A stretch of DNA of 61,870 bases, counting the filler, from Chiloscyllium plagiosum (Eukaryota): assembly GCF_004010195.1 (NCBI RefSeq). It is 3 parts of one record of this genome, joined end to end, with 100 filler letters (N's around TTAATTAATTAA, not from the genome) between each part and the next. Parts side by side here need not be neighbours in the genome. Positions count along the whole stretch, not along the records: positions 31,566 to 61,870 come from NC_057717.1; 2 more parts are not named here. One strand, given 5' to 3'. Below are positions 49,501 through 61,870 of this stretch, one piece after another (position 1 is the first letter of the stretch; each line of letters opens with the position of its first letter). Position numbers and translations under genes: made by a program. Under the pieces are notes generated by a model. The model was not told the origin of the DNA and made no database searches. It worked only from the letters and a program-made list of their open reading frames with translations.

Positions 49501-52500
49501 GGATTCAGTAATCGTGGTGGAGTATATGGGGAGTCAGCGTGACACTAGTGGAGTTTGAGGGAGAATGAGAATGACAATGGTGGTGTATGTTTTTGAATGG
49601 CTCTGACGATGTGAGAGTAAAAAGAAGATTGAGCGTGATGTTTGTGAACTGAGCATAACGCTGCCTGTGCGTGCAGGGTAGTGAATGTGACTGCGTGGGA
49701 GGGAATGAATTCGGAAGTGATTGCGACCATAAGATAGTACGTGTTGCAGAAAGAGTGATGGTGGTTAATGATTCGGTTGAGGATGTGACGTTGGTGGAAT
49801 GTAGGGGAACTGTGCTTGATCGTATATGAGTGAGCACGGCAGTGAGTGTGATGGCGTCGTTGTGTGCCGGGCTGTGACCGTGAAGGTCAAGAATTGTGGA
49901 GGGAGTAATCATTATGGTCGGGGAGTTTGCGGGGCTCAGCGTGACCTTGGAGCTGAGAACTGATGAATGAGTGTGACATTCGGTGCTTGAGCATGGCATC
50001 GAGCATGATGGTGGTGGCACATGTGAGGGGGTGACCGTGACTCTGATGGAGTGAATACAGGTGTGAGGGCACTGTTGGTGGAGTGCACAGGAGAGTGTCC
50101 ATGATGGTGGGGGATTGTCTCAGTGTCGGAAATTGACGGTGGGAGTGTGTGCAGGAAAAGATGTATTATCGTTTGAATCTGTGTTGGCGAGTGACTTTAA
50201 TGGTGGGGGTGTGTGCAAGTGTTTTTTGGGGACATAGTGTAATGGTTGGGTTCAGATTGATCGTGGTAGTTTTTGGGGAGTAGTGACATGACGGAACGGG
50301 ATATGTCAGGGAGTGAGAGTGATGGCGGGAGAATGTGCATCAGAGGGAGTGTGCGGCTGAGTGAAAGTGATAGTGGGGCTGTATGAAGGGGCAGTGACCA
50401 TTACTGTGGGGGAGTGTGTGATGTAGTGAGCATGACAGGATGTGACTGTGCTGGAGTGTGAATATGGAAGAGAGGGTGTGATGGTGGCGGATTGTTTGCT
50501 AAACCAAGTGTGACAGTGGGGGAGTGTATTGTTTCCTGAGCCTGACGCCGACTGAGTGAGCAGAAAGCTTGGCGTGTGGAGGAAAGGGAAGTAGCCATTG
50601 CGGAAAGCTGCAAAATAATGAGTGTGATGTTGCGCGAGTGTGTGGAGGCATGAGCTTGATGGTGGGTCAGTATGTTTGGTTATGAATGTGACTGTGAGGG
50701 AGTGAGCGGGGCAGTGATGATGATGGTGGGCAAGTGTGGCCGTGATTGATCGAGCAATGTGAAAGTGTGCGGAGGAATGAGAGTGACGGTGGTGGATTGT
50801 GGAATGGAGTGTGTGTCATGGCCAGGTGTGTGCAGCTGAGTGTCCCTGACGGCGGGGCAGAGTGTAGCGGAGGGATTATGACAGGGAAAGGGGTCGTCAA
50901 GGGATTTCAATGGTTTGTTCATATGTGGGGCAGTGATAATGATGGAGGGGCAATGTACATCGGAGTGAGAGCGATGGTCGGTGACTGTGTAGGTGAACGA
51001 ATGTGATAGTGGTGCAGTGTGCGATTGAGTGTGTGTAGTATTGATGAATATTGTGTAGTAGTGTGCTGGGGAGTGATACAGATACTGGCGGTGTGAGAAG
51101 GGAGTGAGCATGATGGTGGTGGACTGTGAGAGAAAACCAGCATAACGTTGCGAGAATGTGCGGGCTAATCTGCGTGATTTTGGAGGTAGTGTGATTTGGA
51201 AGAGGTTGTGATGGTAGGGGAGAGTGCAGTGATGGTGGGGTATGTGTGGGCGAAAGGCAGTGGCAGTGTAGGATAATATGGTCAATAAGCATGAATGTGG
51301 GTGAGAGTCCTGATGGGAGAACGTGATAGTCGGGGTCGACGTGGGTGAGTATTTGTTACTGAATGGATGTGCGCTTGGAAGTGAGCTTGTGTGTGGGATT
51401 TGTGCTGGGGAGTGAGCGTGGCGGTGAATGAGTGTGTGGGGAATTGCTTGATTGTGTGGGTTTGGAGCTGTGAGAGTAAAGGTCTGACCTGTGCAGGGAG
51501 TGAGAATGGTTGTGGGGGAGTGTGTGTGTGTGTCCGAGTGACCATGCGAGTTGTGCAGCGGAATGTTGGTGACTTTTAGGACTGTGCAGGGGATTCAGAA
51601 TGTCAATAGGGGAGTGCATTTGTAGAGCGGGCCTGACAGTGGAGGATGGGGTGTGGTGAAGTGAGCGTGATAGTCGGTGAGCGTGAGTTGAAGACCATAA
51701 GATCATAAGACATAGGAGTGGAAGTAAGTCCATTCAGCCCATCGAGTCCACTCCGTCATTCAATCATGGCTGATGGGCATTTCAACTCCACTTACCCGCA
51801 TTCTCCCCGTAGCCCTTAATTCCTTGTGACATCAAGAATTTATCAATTTCTGCCTTGAAGAATTTAGCATCCCAGCCTCCACTGCACTCTGCGGCAATGA
51901 ATTCCACAGGCCCACCACTCTCTGGCTGAAGAAATATCTCCGCATTTCTGTTCTGAATTTACCCACTCTAATTCTAAGGCTGTGTCCACGGGTCCTATCT
52001 CCTNNNNNNNNNNNNNNNNNNNNNNNNNNNNNNNNNNNNNNNNNNNNNNNNNNNNNNNNNNNNNNNNNNNNNNNNNNNNNNNNNNNNNNNNNNNNNNNNN
52101 NNNNNNNNNNNNNNNNNNNNNNNNNNNNNNNNNNNNNNNNNNNNNNNNNNNNNNNNNNNNNNNNNNNNNNNNNNNNNNNNNNNNNNNNNNNNNNNNNNNN
52201 NNNNNNNNNNNNNNNNNNNNNNNNNNNNNNNNNNNNNNNNNNNNNNNNNNNNNNNNNNNNNNNNNNNNNNNNNNNNNNNNNNNNNNNNNNNNNNNNNNNN
52301 NNNNNNNNNNNNNNNNNNNNNNNNNNNNNNNNNNNNNNNNNNNNNNNNNNNNNNNNNNNNNNNNNNNNNNNNNNNNNNNNNNNNNNNNNNNNNNNNNNNN
52401 NNNNNNNNNNNNNNNNNNNNNNNNNNNNNNNNNNNNNNNNNNNNNNNNNNNNNNNNNNNNNNNNNNNNNNNNNNNNNNNNNNNNNNNNNNNNNNNNNNNN

Positions 52501-55276
52501 NNNNNNNNNNNNNNNNNNNNNNAGCAGCCTCCTGTGTGGCACCTTATCAAAGGCCTTTTGGAAGTCTAGATAGACCACATCCACTGGGTTTCCCTGGTCT
52601 AACCTACTTGTCGCCTCTTCAAGAATTCCAAAAGGTTTGTCAGGCACGACCTCCTCTTATTAAATCCATGTTGACTCGTTTTAATCCGACCCCGCTCTTC
52701 CAAGAATTTAGAAACCTCATTCTTAATGATGGATTCTAGAATTTTACCAACAACCGAGGTTAGGCAAATTGGCCTATAACTTTCCATCTTTTGTCTTGAT
52801 CCTTTCTTGAACAAGGGGGTTACAACAACGATCTTCCAATCATCCGGGACTTTCCCTGACTCCAGTGACTTTTGAAAGATCTCAACTAATGCCTCCGCTA
52901 GTTCCTCAGCCACCTCCCTCAGAACTCTAAGATGTAGCCCATCGGGGGCAGGAGATTTATTAATTTGAAGACCTTTTAGCTTTTCTAGCACTTTCTCTTT
53001 TGTAATGGCAACCATACTCAACTCAGCCCCCGACTCCCTTTAATTGTTGGGATATTACTTATGTCTTCCACTGTGAAGACGAACGCAAAGTACTTATTAA
53101 GTTCTCCAGCTATTTCCTTATCTCCCATCACTAGGCTTCCAGCATCAGTTTGAAGTGGCCCAATGTCTACTTTTGACTGTCGTTTGTTTCTTATGTATTG
53201 AAAGAAAATTTTGCTATCATTTTCATGAATTCCCTTTCTTTGGATCCACTGGCAACATTATTTAACCAGTCCCCCTGCATATTGAAGTCTCCCATGATCA
53301 CCGTGACCTTGCCTTTCTGACATGCCTTCTCTATTTCCCAGTACATGTTGCGCCCCTGGTCCTGACCAATGTTCGGAGGTCTGTACATAACTCCCATTAA
53401 GTTTTTTTGCCTTTGTGGTTTCTCAATTCCACCCAAACAGACTCCACACCATCAGACGCTATGTCATTCAGTGCCATATATTTAATTTTATTCTTAACGA
53501 ACAAGGCAACCCCGCCCCCTCTACCCGCCTCTCTGTCTTTTCGATAAGTTGAAAATCCTTGCATGTTTAACTGCCAGTGCTGACCCCCCTGCAACCAAGT
53601 CTCTGTGATGCCTACCACATCATAATCATTCACGATGATCAGTGCCATTAGTTCATCTGCTTTGTTACAAATGCTATGAGCATTCAGGTAAAGTGCCTAA
53701 ATGCTAACTTTCTTATTGTTAGAGATGTTAGAAGTCATAAGATGTCCTAAGTTATCCTTCCTTTTTGCTGCATTCCCAGTCTGCCTCAAGTTTAATTCTG
53801 CCTGCATACATGCTATCCTGCTGCTTGTCTTTCCATTTAACTCCATACTCCCTGTTGCTTTCACTTTCCCTTCCCCCCAACTCAGAAGTTTAAAGTCCTC
53901 AGAAGTGTGCATGACTGTGGAAGGTTGAGCGAGGGAGTGCACGTGATGGTTGGGGAGTGTTTGGGAAGTGAATTCATGGTCGGGGAGTTAACCTGATGGT
54001 GGAGCTGTGAGAGCAGGACATGAGCGTGACTGTCTGGATGTGTGTGGGGGAGTAACCTTCTTGGTGGGCTGTTATGTGCAGGGGCATGTGTGAAGCTGGG
54101 GAAAGTGTGTCGGGAGCTGTGTTACAGTGTGTGAGTGTATGGGGCTTCAAAATAACCATTGGGGATTGTGTGGCCGAGTGAACGTGACATTGCGGGATTT
54201 TCCACAGGGTCACATTTAACGTTGGGAAGTATGCTGTGTTGTGAGCCTGCAGTGGGAAAGTGTGCAGGACGGTGGGCATGAGGTTAGGTGAGTGCGCAGG
54301 CAAATGAACAAAATGGTGGAGGAGTTTGTGGGTGAATGTTCATGACGGTGGGAAGTCGTGCAGTGGAGTGAGTGTGACACTGGTGTTAGTATGTGATGGG
54401 GTGAACGTAACCTTGTGGGAGTGTAGGGGTTTTGAGGGAGGCCGTATGCGAGTGAATGGGGAGTGACCGTGATAGTGTCATTTTGTGTGGTGGAGCGAGT
54501 GTGTTGGTAGCGGGGTTTGTGTGTGCTAATTGGAGTAATGTTTGTGAGTATACAGGAGAGAAGACATGATCGTGGGTGATCATACAGTGCAGTGAGTCTG
54601 ATTTTGGGGGAGGTAGTGAGTATACCAGCAGGTGTGTGTCAGGAACTGATCATATCTGTGAGGGAGTCTGTGGGAGGGGGTAACCAAGATGGTGGCGCAA
54701 TGTGCGGGGAGTGAGTGTGAGAGTGGACAAGTGTGGGGGAACTGAGCATGGGGGAGTGAGTGTGAGAGTGGACAAGTGTGGGGGAACTGAGCATGATTTT
54801 GTAGGCTTTGCAGCAGCAAGAATGTAACATTGTGTGGGGGGAGTGAATTTGACGTCATGCTGGAGAGTATGTGGTAGAATGAGCATGACTGTGAACGAGT
54901 CTGTAGGGCGTTTGCGTGATGGTGTGGGTGCGCGTGTTGCAGTGAGCGTGAAGGTCGGGATTTGTGCAGGGAAGGACCGTTACATAAGGAAGTGAGTGGG
55001 TGGTTCAGAGTGAACATAGGAGAGGGGATGGCTGGGATAGTGAATGTGATTGTGTCGATTGAAGCATGAGGACATGTGTTACAGTTTTGATGTGAATATG
55101 GGAGCGAGCTTGATGTTGGGCTTCATGCTGGAGAGTATGTGGTAGAATGAGCATGACTGTGAAGGAGTCTGTAGGTCGTTTGCGTGATGGTGTGGGTGCG
55201 CGTGTGGCAGTGAGCGTGAAGGTCGGGATTTGTGCAGGGAAGGATCGTTACATAAGGAAGTGAGTGGGTGGTTCAG
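46600..55276 (+). repeat. Degenerate G-rich minisatellite (~32-bp unit), split by a CR1 at 51692-53899
   Basis: Recurring GGGAGTGAGCRTGAYGGTGG..GAGTGTGY units with a measured 32-nt spacing at ~46716-46760 and ~48099-48150. Strong G/T-over-C strand skew. Confidence 0.85.
51692..53899 (-). mobile_element. Relatively well-preserved CR1 with APE endonuclease and RT segments (internal deletion, spans a gap)
   Basis: DVVGITETWL, GGGVALFVK, VMYRPP and IMGDFN (APE). NKSPAPDGLHLRVLRE, YRPICLTSVVGKILESII and YLDFQKAFDKVPH (RT). Tail (CATAAGA)n at 51692-51714. Confidence 0.93.
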
Positions 55277-55776
55277 NNNNNNNNNNNNNNNNNNNNNNNN
55301 NNNNNNNNNNNNNNNNNNNNNNNNNNNNNNNNNNNNNNNNNNNNNNNNNNNNNNNNNNNNNNNNNNNNNNNNNNNNNNNNNNNNNNNNNNNNNNNNNNNN
55401 NNNNNNNNNNNNNNNNNNNNNNNNNNNNNNNNNNNNNNNNNNNNNNNNNNNNNNNNNNNNNNNNNNNNNNNNNNNNNNNNNNNNNNNNNNNNNNNNNNNN
55501 NNNNNNNNNNNNNNNNNNNNNNNNNNNNNNNNNNNNNNNNNNNNNNNNNNNNNNNNNNNNNNNNNNNNNNNNNNNNNNNNNNNNNNNNNNNNNNNNNNNN
55601 NNNNNNNNNNNNNNNNNNNNNNNNNNNNNNNNNNNNNNNNNNNNNNNNNNNNNNNNNNNNNNNNNNNNNNNNNNNNNNNNNNNNNNNNNNNNNNNNNNNN
55701 NNNNNNNNNNNNNNNNNNNNNNNNNNNNNNNNNNNNNNNNNNNNNNNNNNNNNNNNNNNNNNNNNNNNNNNNNNNN

Positions 55777-58700
55777 AGTAAATTTGTTAGTGTTTTGGCC
55801 ACGCCACTGAAATTCGGATTGAACTACCAGTAGAATCTGTTCAGTCCGAACAATCAAAGCACACCTTTCTTCCAAGTTGATTTTCCAAGATCCCTGATGG
55901 CTTTCGTCTTGGCATTCGCTGCAGTCAATCTTACACGACCGCTATTATGTCGCAAGAACATCACGTCTGCTTTCACAAATGCATTTTTATTTAAGTTTAT
56001 AACCAATTTTGCTTCTCGTAATCATTTAAAGAGGTCTGTCAACTGTAGAATTTAATATTTCTGTGATGCTTTAATGATTGCTACATTTCCAGATAAACTG
56101 CACAATTTATTAATACATCACCTTTTTCCCTGAGATTTTGGAATGTGGCTGGTGAGTTCCTCATTCCTCCAAAACGCACCACTTTGAATTGATGTAGCGC
56201 AATTGGGCTTACAAGTACAGAAACATGATTCGCTTCCTCCAATAAAGATCCCTGCCAATGACCAACCAGTAAGTCCAGTCTGTGATATAGGTTTTTTTCT
56301 GTTAACTTTCTCTACGCAGTCTACCAATCTTGCTCTTGGATATGAGTCAGATTTTGTTCGGGCATGGGCCCTGTGATAGTACACCCAAAATTGTGCATCA
56401 GGTCAGTTTTCGAAACGAACACAATTTTGAAAGTTCACTCATTCTGAGTCAGTTCAATGGTAACTTCGGTGAACATTGTATTGACTTGCTTCTGGACTTG
56501 TGAGGCTTTGATAGCATTAAATCTGCGGCGGTGTTGATTTATCGGAACAGCATTCCCTACTTCCATCTCATAAACAACGATGTAAGTTCTCCCCAAGTTA
56601 TTCCTGCTATTTCTTCATACTGCTGCAACAAAAATACTCATCTCGTTTCTTTGTTTCGGAGACAGATAGCTTACTGACCAATCCCATTCTTCAAGGACAT
56701 GTTCATTGTTTGACGTATTTTGAGACACACCCATTTCCATGACTTCTGCATTTGCTTCCTCACTGCAAGGCGGTAGCAAGCATCTGTATCTACAGTTCCC
56801 ATTTGCTATTATCATAACGTTTCAACACATTCACAGTCCATACACTGTTATATTTATTTTTAACACAATCTTTACCTGACAGTTTAGCTAACTTTTTTTT
56901 CTCTCAATTTAATCAGGATCACTAAAGGGGTCGACTACTACTGCTGCCAGCACTAATACGTTACCCCTCCGCGAAAACGTCCGATCTTTAGAGATTCGTA
57001 TGCCACCTGCTTCATTCTATGCTGTGCCTTCTTCAGGCGCTGATTAGCTAACTCACGTACCCGCCTAAACAGTTCCCTTTCCTCAGATACAGAACCCAAA
57101 TGTGAGATCTCCGAATTCAGTCTTGTCAATTTCTCATGGTGAATTTCCCAGGCCGTCTCACTTCATAAGCGAACAAATTGAGTCGATTCGTTTGGAGCAT
57201 CTCTTATGACAAGCAACAAAATGGGATACCTTTATCCAAATCATTCTGGTCATCCTGAGAGTAAGCTCTGAGCCTGGAATTCATGGTCTGATGCCACCTT
57301 ACCAATGCTCACTGTGATTGAGGATGGTACTCACTTTATTTAAGTTGCTCTATGCCTCCGCTATCCATGAGTTTTGAAAACATCACCGCAGTAAAATTAG
57401 TCTCTTTGTCCGCCTGAATCCGTCTGTGTAACCCATACGACATGAAGAAATCTATTAACTACTACAACACCCCCTTTGCTTTAATACTCCATAATAGATT
57501 TGCCTTCGGAATTCTTTTCAATACATCTATTATGTTTAGCCAGTACTGGTCCCCACTTTTTGTTTAGGCAAGGGACCTACATAGTCAATGATAACTCGAG
57601 TGAAAGATTCTTCAAATGTGGCAACTCATGACAACAGGGATCGTTTTATTACTACCTCTGGCTTACCTACTAATTAGGCCATATGACATGCCCTGCAAAT
57701 ATAAACCACATCCTTGTGCATTTCAGAACAATAGAAATGCTTTTGAGCCTTAGTCTGAGTCTTCTTTACAGCAAGGTGACCTCTAACTGGTAATTCATGT
57801 GCTACACTTAACATTTTCTATCGGCATGGCGCCAGAAACACAATATGGTGCATTTCTCTGCATTTCTTCTCTACACAAACGTACTATGGTCTCAATTTGC
57901 GTTTGCGGATTCTATATTTAAGATCATAGCCCTCAGGAATGCATTTTGTTTCCTTTTCTGAGTATGCATCAATCTATGTACCATTTAGTGTCCCGTCTTT
58001 CTGTTGTACCTTTATTAATCTTTCAGACGTAAACACTTCTAACAAACCATATCCTTTTCAGATTTTTTCCTGCCCCATGAAATCAAGCAATGTGTCCCCT
58101 AACTGAACCTCAAATCGTTCGTTTTTGCGTTGAAAGTTTGCTTCGTGCTGCGATTTAAAATACTGGGATCGTGTTACTGCACAGTCTGGAAAGAAATTTC
58201 AGGGTATTTTTCTTTTAACTTCTCAGTTTAGTGATCTAAGTTTGGCTTCTCCACAACAACGGGTGTCACCCCCCAATTTGGATCCTGCTAAATAGTTACC
58301 AATTAAAACCTTCATTCAACTGAATCACTATTCAATCAGTCCCGCTGTTATTTCCCCAATCGTAAATTGATACTCCAACCTGAACTTACTTTTGGGAACA
58401 TTGCATCCCTGTCCATCTATCCCAAAAATGACAATTATCCCTGAAAACATGTCAGAAGCAGTTCAAATATATTGATGTCTTACTATGAGAGACAGATTGA
58501 ACCCTGTATCTCTCAAAATTATAACCTCTTTCCCTTCTTCCCTTCTTCTTTCTGAATAATCTACCCAAAGAGGCGAAGTCTTATAGAGATCAGGCACTAA
58601 CTCAAAACCCAACCCCGACAGAGTTCGTGCACTCTCCAGCAGCTCCTCGACTTTTCATGGCGTTTCCTTTCCGACTTCAGTAATTACATTGGCTTAACCA

Positions 58701-59830
58701 CTTTTACCGCATCGATTTCTCACAATGTCGTTCTTTAACAACCATCACTGTAGCTTTATGTGCCCCATCTGCTGACAGTTAAAACATCTTTTTCCATCTC
58801 TTAAACCACTGACACTGTAATCGTCTATACCCCACTCCATGACAAGGAAAGAACCTGAAGCCGTTCAGCTCCTTTGAACCCTCTTAGGTTTTTTGTTAAC
58901 CTGTGGCAAACAATTGCCTGTTTCCTACTTTTTATTTCGTGGTGTAGGATCACACCTTTCCCCAATTTCTATTGCACAAAGCATGAAATTCCTGCAGGAA
59001 GCCAAAATTTGTCAAATGCTCGAATTTCTTTTAATCTGCCATTTCTGCCACTGTTCTCAATTCTTGAATTTTCTGTTCATCCACATGAATTCTTAGCAAC
59101 TCCAGGAGTAAGTTCTTAAATTCCTCCAGCAGAATAATCTCTCTTGGAGCCTGTTAGGTCTTATCGTCTTATCTATGTTTGAGGCTTGCACCCATCTATC
59201 AAAATTATTATGTTTAATTCTTTCTAACTCAGCATAAGTCTGTACTGTCTCTTCTTTGTGTTTCTGAAACGGTGTCTGTACGTTTTGGGTTACCAATTCA
59301 GAAACACTCAAAATAGTCGGATCGACATCTACACAATTGTATAACCCCTCATCTTACAGTGCTGTAAATACCTCACCACCTCTGCCCACCAGCTTAGTCT
59401 GAAGGAGCATAACTGACAGGTTCTTTGACTGCACCATCTGCCTAATTATTTTTTCAAAATAATTAAAGTAGACTTCGAATTATTTGTCTTCCAGTTCTGG
59501 CAATGTTTTGATATATTTGTACATATTACTAACTTCTGTCTATATCTCCATCCTATTTACTTTAATTTTTCTGACCAATTCACGACTGCTGAAGTTCTCT
59601 CTCTTTTTCCACTTTCCCTCTTTCGTTTATCTCTCTTTCTCACTCATTGTCTATGTTCATGGCTCTTCTTTCCATTTCTTTATCATCGAACTACATTTTT
59701 TCTGAATTTCAATATCTTTTTTCTATATGTACTCGGCGTGTCTCTTTCCCTGATTCACCCGAAGTGCTTGACTAACACTGTTAAAATTTCAACTTTCCTT
59801 TTGTCACACCCTATCTAATCCCCTGATTAT
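55777..59830 (-). mobile_element. Degenerate Gmr1-like Ty3/gypsy element: gag, zinc knuckles, protease, integrase, RT
   Basis: Minus strand, in order: MLLQTKLVGRGGEVFTAL (~59410), QTYAELERIKHNNFDRW, CFNCQQMGH (~58790), VIILRDTG (~58520), GHLAVKKTQTKAQKHFY..CRACH (~57780-57690), FTRVIIDYVGPLPK (~57600), then RT TKSDSYPRARLVDCVEKV (~56350). Confidence 0.85.
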
Positions 59831-59879
59831 CTTGTATGTGTCAATTAATTTACATCACAAACATCTTCTCTCTACCGAA

Positions 59880-61030
59880 CACTACCTCAAGACCTTCAGC
59901 CTTTCCTCATAAGACATTCCCTCACTAACAGGGAACATCCCAGGGAATCTCTTCTGAACCCTCTCCAAAACTTGCACGTCTTTCCGATGATTTGGTGAAC
60001 GGAATTGTACGCAATTGATTGAATCTGTGGATGAATGCCATGCCTCTAGGAATTCCCTGACTGTTTTCTGTTTGGCTTATCCTATAATAGTAGTGTTGTC
60101 CCAGTCGAATTCATGTTGGTTGTCATCTGAGTGTGTGGCTACTAAGGATAGCTGGTCGTGTCGTTTTGTGGCTAGTTGGTGTAGCCAACCATTTGCCTTC
60201 TAAATAACGCTTTTTACACGGTGTCAACTTTCAGGGCTAAATGTACACGGACACTGACGTCTCTGTGTTCACCCATAATACCAAGAAAGTTATTATTTGC
60301 CTTTCATACTTTATTCCTATTGGCCCTTCCAAAGTAAATCACCTCACGATTTTCCGCATTAAACTCCATTTGTCAAATCGGAGCCCAGCTCTGCAGCTTC
60401 TCTTCGTCCATCTATAGTCTGCAACATCCTTCAGCACTATCCACAATTTCATTGAACCGCTAATTTATTCACCCACTCATCGACGCGCCCATCTGGTTTA
60501 TTTATATATTTTAAAATGACAAAAAGCAATGGCCCCAAAACGTTGCGGTTCACCACTAGTAACTGAACTCCAGGATGAATATTTCCATTAACCACCTCCC
60601 TCTGTCTTCTTTTCAGCTTGTGAACGTCTGATCCAAACTGCTAAATCACGTTACCCTATTTTGTGCAAAAGCCTACCATGGGTAATCTAATCCAGCGCTT
60701 TATCAAAATCCGTATACACCACATTAACCTCTTATTCCTCATCCATCTGTTTGTTCAAATTCTCAAATAACTCAAAAGGCATGGCCTATACTTTACGAAG
60801 CCATGTTGACCACCCCTAATCATTGTATTCCTTTCTCGAAGATTGTAAGTCTTATCTCCATAACTTTTTCCAACACTTTACCCACCACCGATGTAAACCT
60901 CACTTATCTATAATTACCAGATTCGGCTCTGCTCCCCTTATTGAACAAGTGGACAACAATGGCTCTTTTCCAGTCGCCTGGCAGTAATCCTGTTGACAAT
61001 GGCAAGATAAAAATCAAAGCCAAAGATTCT
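59880..61030 (-). mobile_element. Degenerate CR1 RT with an embedded Penelope fragment (60015-60185)
   Basis: CR1 RT motifs lie on the minus strand (VYTDFDKALD, WQMEFNAE-like). 60015-60185 closely matches 4485-4635. Confidence 0.8.
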
Positions 61031-61870
61031 ACACCTCCTCCCTCTTATTTGCCCTCAACTCTATAACAATATACTGTAGTGATAAAACACTTCTTATTAT
61101 TACATCGACTTAATATCAAAACCTGTACTTTTTCGTTTGGCTGAAGATCTCACTGGGTCATGTTCGTTGTTTTATTGCGAATATGTTTCATAAAAAGGTA
61201 CATTTGATTGATTTTGCTTTCATTTTGATGTGTCTATCTCAATGACATTCAGTATGGCTGATTTCCAACATGCCTGCAGTTTGTTTATATGCCAAGCATC
61301 GACATGTCTCATTGTTTCGATGTTGGCAAAACAGAAACTTTAATCTCGATTCGTTTTCAGTGTCCTGTGGCATAATTCAATCTCAGTGCGTAAATTGTTT
61401 TTGTTTTCAATACAACAACAAATTCTGGTATCTGTTTCACAGCCAATTGGTACATATTATCCAAATTTGCAAGACATTCTGAGACTGCTGTTGCATACTC
61501 TCAGTGCAGTACAGCATTCACTCTCTTCTTAGTAATGTACACGCCCTCAACTTAATAAAATGTCTCATGTACTTATGGCCTCATGCTCTTCTTCCAGGGC
61601 ACATCCGGTTGAATTTCCTCTGCACTGTCTCCGTTGAAATCACCCACTTCTTGTAATGTGCCATTCCAGAACTTCACACATCTTGGCCTAACCAATGTCA
61701 TGATTAGCTTTTTCTAATCTATTCCACGATGAATAAAGGTTATGCCTGTGTTAACTTGTGCCTTCATAATTAAACTGTTAACTTGTTCAATCACTTTAGG
61801 AATCAGTGGAGAGTTAATGTTTGAGCATCATAGTGTGCTTCCATTCATTGAACGCTCCCTGCCTAATTCT

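Noticed and set aside
46600..51690. CRISPR array or immunoglobulin switch region interpretation of the G-rich repeat
   Set aside because: There is no conserved repeat with unique spacers and no cas genes, and the context is vertebrate. It lacks dense AGCT/GAGCT pentamers and there are no Ig exons nearby.
46591..55017. Many His/Thr/Pro/Ser-rich ORFs up to 366 aa on the minus strand
   Set aside because: They overlap in all frames and follow from the C/A-rich, stop-poor strand of the minisatellite. No domain signal is evident.
54855..55276. ~150-bp duplication (54855-55009 vs 55124-55276)
   Set aside because: It ends exactly at a gap inside a satellite and may be a contig-end artefact, so it is not treated as a separate finding.
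10591..55875. Long ORFs containing X runs
   Set aside because: They are artefacts of translating through N gaps.

Overview
Repeat-dense vertebrate genomic DNA with many assembly gaps, most likely from a cartilaginous fish (shark). This is inferred from HE1/V-SINE-type SINEs, abundant CR1 LINEs and Penelope-like elements, and GPR139/GPR142-like receptor paralogs. Host genes are two divergently oriented class A GPCR genes of the GPR139/142-like type. The minus-strand gene has a candidate first coding exon at 31247-31139 and a main exon at 18271-17379. Its main exon is open except for one in-frame TGA at the conserved TM3 cysteine. The plus-strand gene (main exon from 44844) has a ~14-nt frameshifting deletion in TM7. 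The rest is mostly nested retroelements: Gmr1-like Ty3/gypsy relics with integrase upstream of RT, CR1 LINEs, tRNA-derived SINEs, and at least three Penelope-like families. The Penelope terminal repeats carry minimal hammerhead-ribozyme motifs, and one 140-bp hammerhead module is inserted with a 15-bp target-site duplication. There is also a >6 kb degenerate G-rich ~32-bp minisatellite. No prokaryotic features or CRISPR arrays were seen. All assignments come from reading and hand translation; no database searches were run, and many repeat boundaries are approximate.
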